Below, in pieces: positions 1 to 8,971 of a DNA stretch of 54,668 nt (its first letter is position 1; every line of letters starts with the position of its first letter). The stretch is taken from assembly GCA_964514145.1 (NCBI GenBank), contig CAZEPM010000002.1:1-54668 (forward strand). Direction: 5' to 3'. The notes beneath the pieces are model-generated. The model was not told the DNA's origin and searched no databases. It saw nothing but the letters and a program-made list of their open reading frames with translations. The stretch comes from an uncultured Bacteroides sp. (GTDB lineage Bacteria; Bacteroidota; Bacteroidia; Bacteroidales; Bacteroidaceae). Both the position numbers and the translations under genes were made by a program.

Positions 1-6
1 TTTTTC

Positions 7-522
7 TTAAGGCCGACTAACATTACTTGGCCAATATTGGGACAGATAACTGCTCAGTTGTTCCAAATACATCTGGTCGGTTTGATCAAAAGCATTTAGT
101 TTGGTGCTGTCAATATCCAAGACCGCCACGACCATGTGGGTATCAGCCGAGAAAACGGGTACAACTATCTCGGAACGTGACAAGGAACTGCATGCAATGT
201 GCCCCGGAAACGCATTGACGTCAGGCACAATCAATGTTTTTGCTTGTGACCATGCTTGTCCGCACACGCCTTTACCGAAACCTATGCGGGTACAAGCCAA
301 TGGGCCTTGAAAGGGAGCTAATACCAATTGTTTTTCGGGAGCTTCTCTTGCTATGTAAAAACCGACCCAGAAGAATCCGAAAGCTTCTTTAAGTATAGCA
401 ACCGTATTGGCGAGGTTTGCAATCAAATCGGTCTCGCCTTCTAAAACGGCATAGAGTTGCGGCAAAACTTCTTGATAGCGTTTGGCTTTATCATGAGCTG
501 TCAAAACAAGCTGTTTGCTCAT
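7..522 (-). CDS. msrC: GAF-domain protein, free methionine-R-sulfoxide reductase (MsrC/YebR-like)
   Basis: Motifs FFWVGFY, PFQGPLACTRIGFGKGVCG, HIACSSLSRSEIVVP and VLDIDS are typical of fRMsr. Confidence 0.85.
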   Translation of the reverse strand: MSKQLVLTAHDKAKRYQEVLPQLYAVLEGETDLIANLANTVAILKEAFGFFWVGFYIAREAPEKQLVLAPFQGPLACTRIGFGKGVCGQAWSQAKTLIVPDVNAFPGHIACSSLSRSEIVVPVFSADTHMVVAVLDIDSTKLNAFDQTDQMYLEQLSSYLSQYWPSNVSRP

Positions 523-2204
523 TATTTCGCGTATTTTTTAATTAGATCTTCGGCACTTGGGTCTCCCAGCTCTTTGGCTTTGAGCAGATTTTCTGTACCC
601 TCTTTTTTAAGTCCCATCTGTAATTGGCAATAACCCAACATGCGATAGAGATCCGAATTTTCGGGGTCGAGTTCAATACCTTTTTTGGCAGCCGGAATCG
701 CTTTTTCGTAGAGATTAAACTTTGTGTATAACACAATTTGCTCAATGATATAAACTAATTGATCGGGTTCCATCTCGACGGCTTTTTCGATATCGTTGAT
801 AGCTTGCTGATTGAGACGGCATTGTATTTCGGCTTGCTCCCGAACATAATAAAACTCTGCGCCAGCTTCTCCCAACATGAGACGTTCGTATTCATTGAAA
901 TCGGCAACTGCTTCACGGTATTGTTGTTGTTCCATTTTCATTTGTCCGCGATGAAATACATAGGGGGCGGCTTTCTTGGTTAGCGAAGAACCTAAAAAAG
1001 CGATTGTCGAGTCCATTAGAGCCAATGCTTCATCTTGTTCTCCGAGATATTGCTTGCAGCGAGCTGCGTTAAACAGACTTTCTTCCGAACGCAGATTGCT
1101 ATTATTTACTTGCATGAAACAATCGAATGCATTTTGATAATCTTGCATGGATAAATATAATTCGCCTTTGGCCTGAATATATAACGGTTGTGAGGATATT
1201 TGAATGGCATGATCAATCATTTCCATAGCTTTTTCCATTGTCCATTCCGGATAGTTCAGTCCATTGATTACTGCCTGATATATTAGCTTGCAGATATTGT
1301 AATAGGTGTCATCTTTATTCGTACTCATTTCAATCGCCTTTTGCATATCTTCCGTTGCTAACTTATAGGATTCTTCATCTGTAAAATTAGTCATGTAATA
1401 CGTAGCTCGGCGCAAATATCCTTCATGCATAGTTGGAAACTGATCGATGAAATCGTTAATGAGCATAAAGTATTCTTCTTGACTCAATTTGCTTGACATC
1501 ATGATTAAATAAACTTGTGCTTGATTAATGTCTTCAGGTAATCCTTTGCGAATACCGATGCTGTTGAGCGCATAGTCTACACCAGAAAGAGCATTGAGCG
1601 TGAGTTCTGCAACATAGGCAACATCGATTGCATAACTCGATGTACTCTCAGCTTCTGCCGAACGTTGGATCATACCAATTACTTCTCCATTAACATTCGT
1701 TACAGGGCAACTGATGGACTTGTCTGTAGTTTTCAATTCGAGTGTATAGTACTGATATTTAGTTTCTATGGTTGACACGGAAACGATCTTTGCTCTTTCC
1801 GGCGTTGCTTGTTTTTGTGAGGCATATGGAAGAACGTATACCGTACCATTCTGCGACACAGGTTCTTTAGCAATGGAAAGCGCGGTGACCGATTTATCTG
1901 TTTTTATACGAAACTTGACGATATCATACATCGAGTTAGCCCCGAGAATGCAATCTACCGAATATTCCGACCCTTCCACATCAACGACAACCGCACTTTG
2001 AGCATCTTTAAATAAAGTATAATCGGACAACGCTATACCATTTTCTCTGATAAAGAATCCGTTTCCGGTTCCTTTTATATTGCCGTCTTTATCGTATGTA
2101 ATCACTGAAACTACAGACCTTCGGGCATTGTCTGCCCATTTGGGAGTTTGTGCATAACTCCATGAACACAGTAACGTTAAAGCAATAATGAATATTTTTT
2201 TCAT
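522..2204 (-). CDS. Secreted protein with a degenerate trypsin-like domain and C-terminal TPR repeats
   Basis: Signal peptide; GTGNGFFI and SCPVTNVNGEVIGM trypsin-like remnants; several TPR-like helical repeats in the C-terminal half. Confidence 0.75.
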   Translation of the reverse strand: MKKIFIIALTLLCSWSYAQTPKWADNARRSVVSVITYDKDGNIKGTGNGFFIRENGIALSDYTLFKDAQSAVVVDVEGSEYSVDCILGANSMYDIVKFRIKTDKSVTALSIAKEPVSQNGTVYVLPYASQKQATPERAKIVSVSTIETKYQYYTLELKTTDKSISCPVTNVNGEVIGMIQRSAEAESTSSYAIDVAYVAELTLNALSGVDYALNSIGIRKGLPEDINQAQVYLIMMSSKLSQEEYFMLINDFIDQFPTMHEGYLRRATYYMTNFTDEESYKLATEDMQKAIEMSTNKDDTYYNICKLIYQAVINGLNYPEWTMEKAMEMIDHAIQISSQPLYIQAKGELYLSMQDYQNAFDCFMQVNNSNLRSEESLFNAARCKQYLGEQDEALALMDSTIAFLGSSLTKKAAPYVFHRGQMKMEQQQYREAVADFNEYERLMLGEAGAEFYYVREQAEIQCRLNQQAINDIEKAVEMEPDQLVYIIEQIVLYTKFNLYEKAIPAAKKGIELDPENSDLYRMLGYCQLQMGLKKEGTENLLKAKELGDPSAEDLIKKYAK

Positions 2205-2221
2205 ACAAACACTTTATTAAA

Positions 2222-2980
2222 CTATTTTTCCGAGAAACAACCTCGTTGTTTTACAGCTTCATAAATTAATACACCAGCAGCTACTGATACGTTTAATGAA
2301 CGGATACTACCCAGAAGCGGAATTTTAATCCATTCATCACACAATGCTAAATGCTCATCGGGGATACCCGTATTTTCAGCTCCCATGATAATGCATAGAG
2401 GAGACTGATAATCAGCTTTTGTATAATCATAATCTCCTTTTTCAGTAGCTGCAACAATTTTAAATCCTGAATTTTTTAAAAAATGTATACTCGTTGATAA
2501 GTTTTGTTCACGACAAACAGGTAACGTGTATAATGCACCGGCTGAAGCTTTTACAGCATCAGCATTTGCTGTGACACTGTTTTTTGTCGGGATAATAATG
2601 GCATCTATGCCGGCGCATTCACACGTTCGGGCAATCGCTCCAAAATTACGCACATCCGTGATACCGTCAAGCATCACAACCAAAGGAGTCTTTCCGGCTT
2701 CATATAAGGAAGGAACAAGATTTTCTAAACTTTCATACGTAATTGCTGAAACAAAGGCGATTACTCCTTGATGATTTTTGCGTGTTATACGATTGATTTT
2801 CTCAAGAGGAACACGTTGCACCGGAATCAGTTTACCCTTTAAAGCTGAAAAAAGTTCTTTTGACAATTCACTTTGGATATCTCTTTTTATCAATATCTTG
2901 TCAATGTCTTTTCCAGATTCAATTGCTTCAATCACAGCTCTAATGCCATAAATCATTTCATGTTTATCTGATGATGCCAT
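2222..2980 (-). CDS. rlmB: 23S rRNA (guanosine-2251-2'-O)-methyltransferase RlmB
   Basis: IYGIRAVIEAI, NHQGVIA, LDGITDVRNFGAIARTC and SLNVSVAAGVLIYE SpoU motifs. Confidence 0.93.
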   Translation of the reverse strand: MASSDKHEMIYGIRAVIEAIESGKDIDKILIKRDIQSELSKELFSALKGKLIPVQRVPLEKINRITRKNHQGVIAFVSAITYESLENLVPSLYEAGKTPLVVMLDGITDVRNFGAIARTCECAGIDAIIIPTKNSVTANADAVKASAGALYTLPVCREQNLSTSIHFLKNSGFKIVAATEKGDYDYTKADYQSPLCIIMGAENTGIPDEHLALCDEWIKIPLLGSIRSLNVSVAAGVLIYEAVKQRGCFSEK

Positions 2981-2992
2981 AGTTTAATCTAC

Positions 2993-4651
2993 TTATGAAT
3001 TTAACAAAGACTTGGCGTTATTAATAGCGGCCTCAGTTAGAGTGGCTCCACTCAACATATGAGCTAATTCCACGATACGCTCTTCTCCAGATAGCAAACG
3101 AATATGGCTTGTTGTTTCCATTTCATTATCCTGCTTGTAGACTTTATAATGATAACGGCCACGAGCTGCTATTTGTGGCAAATGAGTAATACTGATAACT
3201 TGTCGATTTTGATTACCCATTTCTTGCATAATACGAGCCATTTGTTCTGCAATATGACCGGAAACACCTGTGTCAATTTCATCAAAAATAATTGTCGGCA
3301 GTTTAACTACACTTGTAATCATAGCTTTAATAGAAAGCATCACACGGGCTATCTCACCACCGGAAGCTACTTGAGTTATATTTTGTATAGGCGCACTCTT
3401 ATTGGCAGAGAAAAGAAAATTAATATTATCTCCTCCCAATCTGTCTAAATCCTTACGCGGAGTTAACTCTATCAGAAATTGTACGTTAGGAATACCTAAT
3501 AATACAAGATATTTTTTTATTTCAGTCTCAATTTTTTGACTAGCCAATTTTCGTGCTTTGTTCAACTCATCTGCCAAGCAAACTAGTTTCTGTTCTTCTT
3601 CTTCTTTCTGACGAGTAAGTTCTGTTATCTGGTTGTCTGCATTCAATATGTCCTCAAGAGATTTCCTATAGTTTTTTTCAATTGCGATTAACTCCGCAAT
3701 GGTGTTTACCCGATATTTTTGCTGCAGGGTATAAATCTGATTTAAACGTCCTTCTACAAAATCTAAACGTTGGGGATTGAATTCTACATCTTCACTATAA
3801 CGATTTAGCTCTTGTTCTATATCTTTTAATTCAATGAAACAAGAGTGAACACGTGTACTTAATTCTTCGCAAACAGAGAACATACCACTCAAATCCTGTA
3901 ATAAGTTTTGAGTTTCTTTCAGGTCTGATAGAATGCCACCCTCATCGTTAACCAAATAGTGATCAGCTTTATAAAGTCCTGATTTGATTTCTTCTGCATG
4001 GCTCAGCAACTTAAATTCTTGTTCCAATTCTTCTTGCTCGCCATCTCTTAAATTGATGTTACTAAATTGCTCTAATTGAAAACGAATATAATCTTCTTCT
4101 GCCTTACTTTTTTCAGTTTGCGCAATCATATCATCCAACGCCTTGCAACACTTCTTATATATTGCAAACTGATTTTGATAACGGTGGAGCAACGAGGAAT
4201 CTTGCGCAATAATGTCGACCACTCTAAATTGAAAATTTTCTGTATTGAGCAATAGATTTTGATGTTGCGAATGAATATCAATCAGCATTTCACCTAATTG
4301 CTTTATTTGATTTAATGACGCAGGGGTATCGTTAATAAAAGCACGGCTTTTCCCTGTAGACATTATTTCACGACGAATGATACAGACTTTCTCGTATGGT
4401 AGGTCATTGGATTCAAAAAAATCATGCATTTCATAATGACCAATTTTGAAATGAGCTTCGACGATACAACGGGATGCTCCTTTTTTAATGGATTTACTAT
4501 CTGCACGTTGTCCTAATAATAATCCGATAGCACCCAAAATAATTGATTTTCCTGCACCAGTTTCGCCCGTAATAACGGAAAAACCGGAATCAAAACAAAT
4601 ATCGAGTGTGTCTATTAATGCATAGTTTTGTATAAATAACGATTGCAACAT
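2993..4651 (-). CDS. recN: DNA repair protein RecN
   Basis: Walker A TGETGAGKS, IDIHSQH, signature ASGGE, Walker B IFDEIDTG, ITHLPQIA; 552 aa. Confidence 0.97.
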   Translation of the reverse strand: MLQSLFIQNYALIDTLDICFDSGFSVITGETGAGKSIILGAIGLLLGQRADSKSIKKGASRCIVEAHFKIGHYEMHDFFESNDLPYEKVCIIRREIMSTGKSRAFINDTPASLNQIKQLGEMLIDIHSQHQNLLLNTENFQFRVVDIIAQDSSLLHRYQNQFAIYKKCCKALDDMIAQTEKSKAEEDYIRFQLEQFSNINLRDGEQEELEQEFKLLSHAEEIKSGLYKADHYLVNDEGGILSDLKETQNLLQDLSGMFSVCEELSTRVHSCFIELKDIEQELNRYSEDVEFNPQRLDFVEGRLNQIYTLQQKYRVNTIAELIAIEKNYRKSLEDILNADNQITELTRQKEEEEQKLVCLADELNKARKLASQKIETEIKKYLVLLGIPNVQFLIELTPRKDLDRLGGDNINFLFSANKSAPIQNITQVASGGEIARVMLSIKAMITSVVKLPTIIFDEIDTGVSGHIAEQMARIMQEMGNQNRQVISITHLPQIAARGRYHYKVYKQDNEMETTSHIRLLSGEERIVELAHMLSGATLTEAAINNAKSLLNS

Positions 4652-4666
4652 ATTTCCAACTTAATC

Positions 4667-5866
4667 TCAAGTATTCAATTCCTGACAAAGATGATTTATG
4701 ATATCAACAGCTACTTCTTTTTTTGGTTTGAGCGGATAAACTGTTGATGAATGTTTATCGATGATGGTTATTTTATTTGTATCATAACGGAATCCTGCGC
4801 CAGCATTCCGTAATGAGTTAAGTACTATAAAATCAAAGTTCTTTCGAGCTAACTTAGCATTGGCATTTGCGGATTCGTCGTCTGTCTCCAAAGCAAATCC
4901 TATGAGTTTCTGACGGGATGTTTTCATTTTTCCCAAACACGCCGCAATATCTTGTGTTGGTTTTAAGCGAAGAACAAGCTCATCAGAATTACGTTTAATT
5001 TTATTTTCTACCACGTTCACCGGAGTAAAATCAGCTACAGCAGCACATAGAATGGCAGCATCTATGCCTGCAAACTCATCAATGGCTGCTTTATGCATTT
5101 GCATTGCACTTTCAACGTCAATGCGTCGGATGTTTGGATGATGTGCCTCCAAGGATACTGGACCGCTAATAAGAATAACGTCTGCACCACGTCGGGCACA
5201 TTCTTCAGCCAAAGCATATCCCATTTTACCTGATGAGTAATTTCCTATGAAACGCACAGGGTCTATTCTCTCAAAAGTGGGGCCGGCTGTAATTAAAATT
5301 TTCTTTTTCGACAACTGCTCAGAAACGGAAAAAAAGGTTTCCAACTCTTTTACGATATCATCCGGTTCTTTCATTCGTCCTTTACCGACCAAATGACTGG
5401 CTAATTCTCCTTCATCAGGTTCTATGATATGATTACCATAAGAACGTAAGATCTCAAGATTTTGTTGCGTTGATGGATGTGCAAACATATCAAGATCCAT
5501 TGCTGGCGCAACAAAGACTGGAGCTTTCATGGATAAATAGGTCGTAACAAGCATATTATCAGCTATTCCATGAGCCATCTTACCTATGGTCGAAGCTGTT
5601 GCTGGAGCTATCACCATGGCATCTGCCCATAGCCCCAAATCAACATGACTATGCCATGTCCCGTCTCGTTGAGAAAAAAAGTCACTAACAACCGGCCTAC
5701 GAGTCAATGCCGATAGCGTAATAGGAGTGATAAATTCTTTTCCGGCAGGCGTAATCACAATTTGTACTTCTGCTCCTTTCTTGATAAGGGCACGAATAAG
5801 ATGAGCAACTTTATAGGCTGCAATACTACCAGTGATTCCCAATACTATTTTTTTATCTTTCAACAT
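4667..5866 (-). CDS. coaBC: Bifunctional phosphopantothenoylcysteine decarboxylase/synthetase CoaBC
   Basis: GITGSIAAYK, APATA, APAM, ITAGPT..IDPVRFIGNYSSGKMG, GFALET. Confidence 0.96.
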   Translation of the reverse strand: MLKDKKIVLGITGSIAAYKVAHLIRALIKKGAEVQIVITPAGKEFITPITLSALTRRPVVSDFFSQRDGTWHSHVDLGLWADAMVIAPATASTIGKMAHGIADNMLVTTYLSMKAPVFVAPAMDLDMFAHPSTQQNLEILRSYGNHIIEPDEGELASHLVGKGRMKEPDDIVKELETFFSVSEQLSKKKILITAGPTFERIDPVRFIGNYSSGKMGYALAEECARRGADVILISGPVSLEAHHPNIRRIDVESAMQMHKAAIDEFAGIDAAILCAAVADFTPVNVVENKIKRNSDELVLRLKPTQDIAACLGKMKTSRQKLIGFALETDDESANANAKLARKNFDFIVLNSLRNAGAGFRYDTNKITIIDKHSSTVYPLKPKKEVAVDIINHLCQELNT

Positions 5867-5878
5867 CTAATCTTCGTA

Positions 5879-6649
5879 TTATTTACCGATCTCACGGAGC
5901 CGGATCTTTGTAAGTATCTGTTTCGTATTGAGAGCAAAATCTCCTTGCATGATCCAACTGTAATATCCCGGATCTCGATGAAGTACCTCTGCCACAGACT
6001 TCCCCTTATATTTCCCAAAATTAAATATTTCCACACCGTTCTCATCATATACCATCCGTCCTGCGAAATCGACATTCCGTCCGTAACTGGAATATTCCGA
6101 CAAAAACACAACATCATTTTTCAGGATATCAGGATATCGTTCTAATTGTGCTTTCAATACTTCATAAGTAGCATGTGTATCTGCTTCTGCCGTATGAGCA
6201 TCCTCCAGATTCTTTCCACAATAAAATTTATATGCTGCCGAAAGTGTACGTTGTTCAAGCTTATGATAGATAACCTGCACATCAATGAACTTATGGCGCT
6301 TAAGATCGATGTCTACTCCTGCACGCAAGAATTCTTCAGCCAGTAACGGAATATCGAAACGGTTAGAATTAAAACCGGCAAGGTCACACCCCTCGATGAC
6401 GCGAGCAATAGAAACTGCAACTTCTTTGAAACGAGGACAATTCGCTACATCGGCATCATAAATGCCATGTAACGCACTAGCCTGTTCCGGGATATGCATT
6501 TCCGGGTTAACACGTATTGTCTTGCTCTCTTCACGACCATTAGGATAGACCTTGAGATAACAGATTTCAACAATGCGATCAGATATTATATTAGTACCGG
6601 TTGTCTCCAAATCAAAAAAGACAATCGGATTCTTCAGATTTAGATTCAT
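5879..6649 (-). CDS. DEDDh 3'-5' exonuclease (DNA polymerase III epsilon-like)
   Basis: FDLETTG, GFNSNRFD and AHTAEAD motifs; directly downstream of dnaN. Confidence 0.88.
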   Translation of the reverse strand: MNLNLKNPIVFFDLETTGTNIISDRIVEICYLKVYPNGREESKTIRVNPEMHIPEQASALHGIYDADVANCPRFKEVAVSIARVIEGCDLAGFNSNRFDIPLLAEEFLRAGVDIDLKRHKFIDVQVIYHKLEQRTLSAAYKFYCGKNLEDAHTAEADTHATYEVLKAQLERYPDILKNDVVFLSEYSSYGRNVDFAGRMVYDENGVEIFNFGKYKGKSVAEVLHRDPGYYSWIMQGDFALNTKQILTKIRLREIGK

Positions 6650-6727
6650 AGTTGGTCTATAAAATTTGAAATATATCTAGGCAATAAAAGGCTTAACGAA
6701 ATAAGCTTATCGATTCAAACCTCTAAT

Positions 6728-7855
6728 TCAATCTGTCAGCGTGATAGGCATTACGAGCATCAGCAGATCGGTTTCTGGAGCCTGTTCCGAAGGAACAATG
6801 ACACCCGCACGCGAAGGATCTGCTAATTCGATTACCACCTCGTTTCCAGGAATATTATTTAAGATATCGATCAGATACAACACTTTAAAGCCAATACTCA
6901 TCGGAACACCGTCATATTGGCAGATGAGTCGCTCTTCGGCTGATGTCGAAAAATCAATATCCTGCGTAGAAACCGTTAACTGTCCCTGTTGCAAAGTCAG
7001 TTTCACAAGATTAACCGATTGGGAAGAGCAGATAGAAACCCGACGAAGAGCACCCAACAAAGAAGTTCGGTCGATCGTAATTTTATAAGGATTATTTTGC
7101 GGAATAACAGAATTATATTTAGGATACCTTCCTTCTACTAGACGACAGATCATACGATAGTCCGGCAAAACAAACACCGCGTTACGACTGTCAAATTCAA
7201 TACTGATAAGCGTTTCGTCTTTTGTTAACAAGCTCTTAAGCAAAGTTGCCGGTTTCTTAGGAAAGATAAAAGCAGCTCGGTCTTTACCTTTCACTGTAAC
7301 ATTTTTCTCCCGTGAAAGCTTATAGCCATCAGTTCCCACAAACGTAATGCTCTCCGTGTCGATATCAACGTAAATACCCGTCATGATTTGACGCATCTCG
7401 TCATCTCCCGTTGCAAACAACGTATGCGTAATACAATCAAGCAACATTTTCGAAGGCAAATGAATCTGCACCGAACTCGATGAATCCAAAGCTGGAAGCT
7501 GCGGAAATTCATCAGGATTTTGTCCCATAACACGATATTGCCCATTCATATAATACAACGTAATCTCATAAGTAGAAGGATCCACTTGAAAACTCACCGG
7601 TTGTTCCGGAATCTCCTTCATCGCCTCGAGTAACGTGCGAGCAATCATGGCAAACCGACCATTACCATCACTTTCATTCACCTCAACAGAAGTAATCATC
7701 GTTGTTTCAGTTCCAGAAGCCGAAATAGTCAATACCCCATCAGTCAACTCAAACAAAAAACAATTTAAAATCGGAAGCGTATTTTTTGAATTAATCACAC
7801 GGCTTATAGCCTGTAAATGAACGAGCAATGATGTGCTTGAAACAATAAATTTCAT
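6728..7855 (-). CDS. dnaN: DNA polymerase III beta sliding clamp
   Basis: MKFIVSS start, NTLPIL, DEFP, TDGYKL, RLVEGRYPKY, C-terminal LMLVMP; start trimmed to the ATG at 7855 (375 aa). Confidence 0.96.
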   Translation of the reverse strand: MKFIVSSTSLLVHLQAISRVINSKNTLPILNCFLFELTDGVLTISASGTETTMITSVEVNESDGNGRFAMIARTLLEAMKEIPEQPVSFQVDPSTYEITLYYMNGQYRVMGQNPDEFPQLPALDSSSSVQIHLPSKMLLDCITHTLFATGDDEMRQIMTGIYVDIDTESITFVGTDGYKLSREKNVTVKGKDRAAFIFPKKPATLLKSLLTKDETLISIEFDSRNAVFVLPDYRMICRLVEGRYPKYNSVIPQNNPYKITIDRTSLLGALRRVSICSSQSVNLVKLTLQQGQLTVSTQDIDFSTSAEERLICQYDGVPMSIGFKVLYLIDILNNIPGNEVVIELADPSRAGVIVPSEQAPETDLLMLVMPITLTD

Positions 7856-7895
7856 AGGTAGATAATTTGTAGTTTTTGAATTCATAATGAGACTA

Positions 7896-7903
7896 CAAAA
7901 CTA
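7896..7903 (-). promoter_or_regulatory. Bacteroidetes -7 box (TAGTTTTG) for the dnaN operon
   Basis: Matches TAnnTTTG about 40 nt upstream of the dnaN ATG. Confidence 0.55.
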
Positions 7904-7999
7904 CATATTTTATGCGTAATCAACACAAAAAATACTCGGAAAATTCGTTTCCTTAAGAAGAAACTCGTACATTCGCAACCAAAATAAAACAAAGACACA

Positions 8000-8383
8000 A
8001 TGGAATTTACAGGAAAAATTATTGCTATCCTTTCCCCGCGCAGTGGCGTCTCCAAATCCACCGGCAACGAGTGGAAAGTACAAGAGTTTGTGATTGAAAA
8101 CCACGACCAATACCCACGGAAAATGTGTTTTGAAGTATTTGGAACCGACAAACTCACACAGTTTAACATCCAAATGGGTGAAGAACTAACCGTCTCATTC
8201 GATATCGATGCCCGCCAATGGCAAGACCGATGGTTCAACAGCATTCGAGCATGGAAGGTGGAACGCGTAAATCCTGAAATGCCTCCCACGCAAGTTTCTA
8301 TGAATCAATCGAATGTCTATTCGCCAGATGCAAACATCCCAGACTTTACACAGTCGGGAGATAACGACGACTTGCCCTTCTGA
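8000..8383 (+). CDS. DUF3127 family protein (SSB-like, acidic DDLPF tail)
   Basis: MEFTGKII..WKVQEFVIE..YPRKMCFEVFG..WFNSIRAWKV, ending in DDLPF. Confidence 0.85.
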   Translation: MEFTGKIIAILSPRSGVSKSTGNEWKVQEFVIENHDQYPRKMCFEVFGTDKLTQFNIQMGEELTVSFDIDARQWQDRWFNSIRAWKVERVNPEMPPTQVSMNQSNVYSPDANIPDFTQSGDNDDLPF

Positions 8384-8403
8384 TCGTCAAGAAACCGAAA
8401 CAC

Positions 8404-8450
8404 TTTTGAAGGGACCTCAGGAACTAACCCGAATCACCATCCCTTCAAAA
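8404..8450. terminator. Inverted repeat after DUF3127 (possible terminator)
   Basis: TTTTGAAGGGA (8404-8414) / TCCCTTCAAAA (8440-8450); 11-bp perfect arms with a 25-nt loop. Confidence 0.4.
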
Positions 8451-8931
8451 CGCTGGACTGAATTGGAATTCCGCTTTGCCGACCCGGCATAAACGGAAAG
8501 ATTTGGTGAGTCCCAATAAAGCGTCGATGCTGACCCCCCCCCCTTACCACTGATTCAGGCTTCGGTAGGGTACTTTTTCGTCAGTGCCTGCCGTCTGATC
8601 TGGATGGGTTATCTATGGATAACGGAGCGATTTGCTATGCGGAGACTGGCTGATGGTCGCATGGGGTGTATCGTTCTGCCTGACAGGTGGTGGGTTTGCG
8701 TTTTAATGTGTACCTTTGTTAGGTAAAGAATCAAAAACCGGATTGTGAGATATGATGACGATACACAATGATGGATATGGAGCGGCAGGTGCTTGAGCTT
8801 GTGTTTCTGTTGCTTTTCCTATGTGGGATTCCGGGTTTTTCGATCGATGAGCGGACGGTCTGTGAATTGTGATGTCTGTAATGTGAGCAATCTTTATGGT
8901 TAAAAATGTATGCAAATAGGAGTTTTTTGTC

Positions 8932-8939
8932 TACATTTG
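8932..8939 (+). promoter_or_regulatory. -7 box (TACATTTG) for trpB2
   Basis: TAnnTTTG 32 nt upstream of the ATG at 8972. Confidence 0.55.
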
Positions 8940-8971
8940 ACGTCCGAAAACCTTTAATAGATACAAGTTTT

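Noticed and set aside
8752..8872. Trp attenuator leader for trpB2
   Set aside because: No Trp codons in either short ORF and no terminator/antiterminator pair seen
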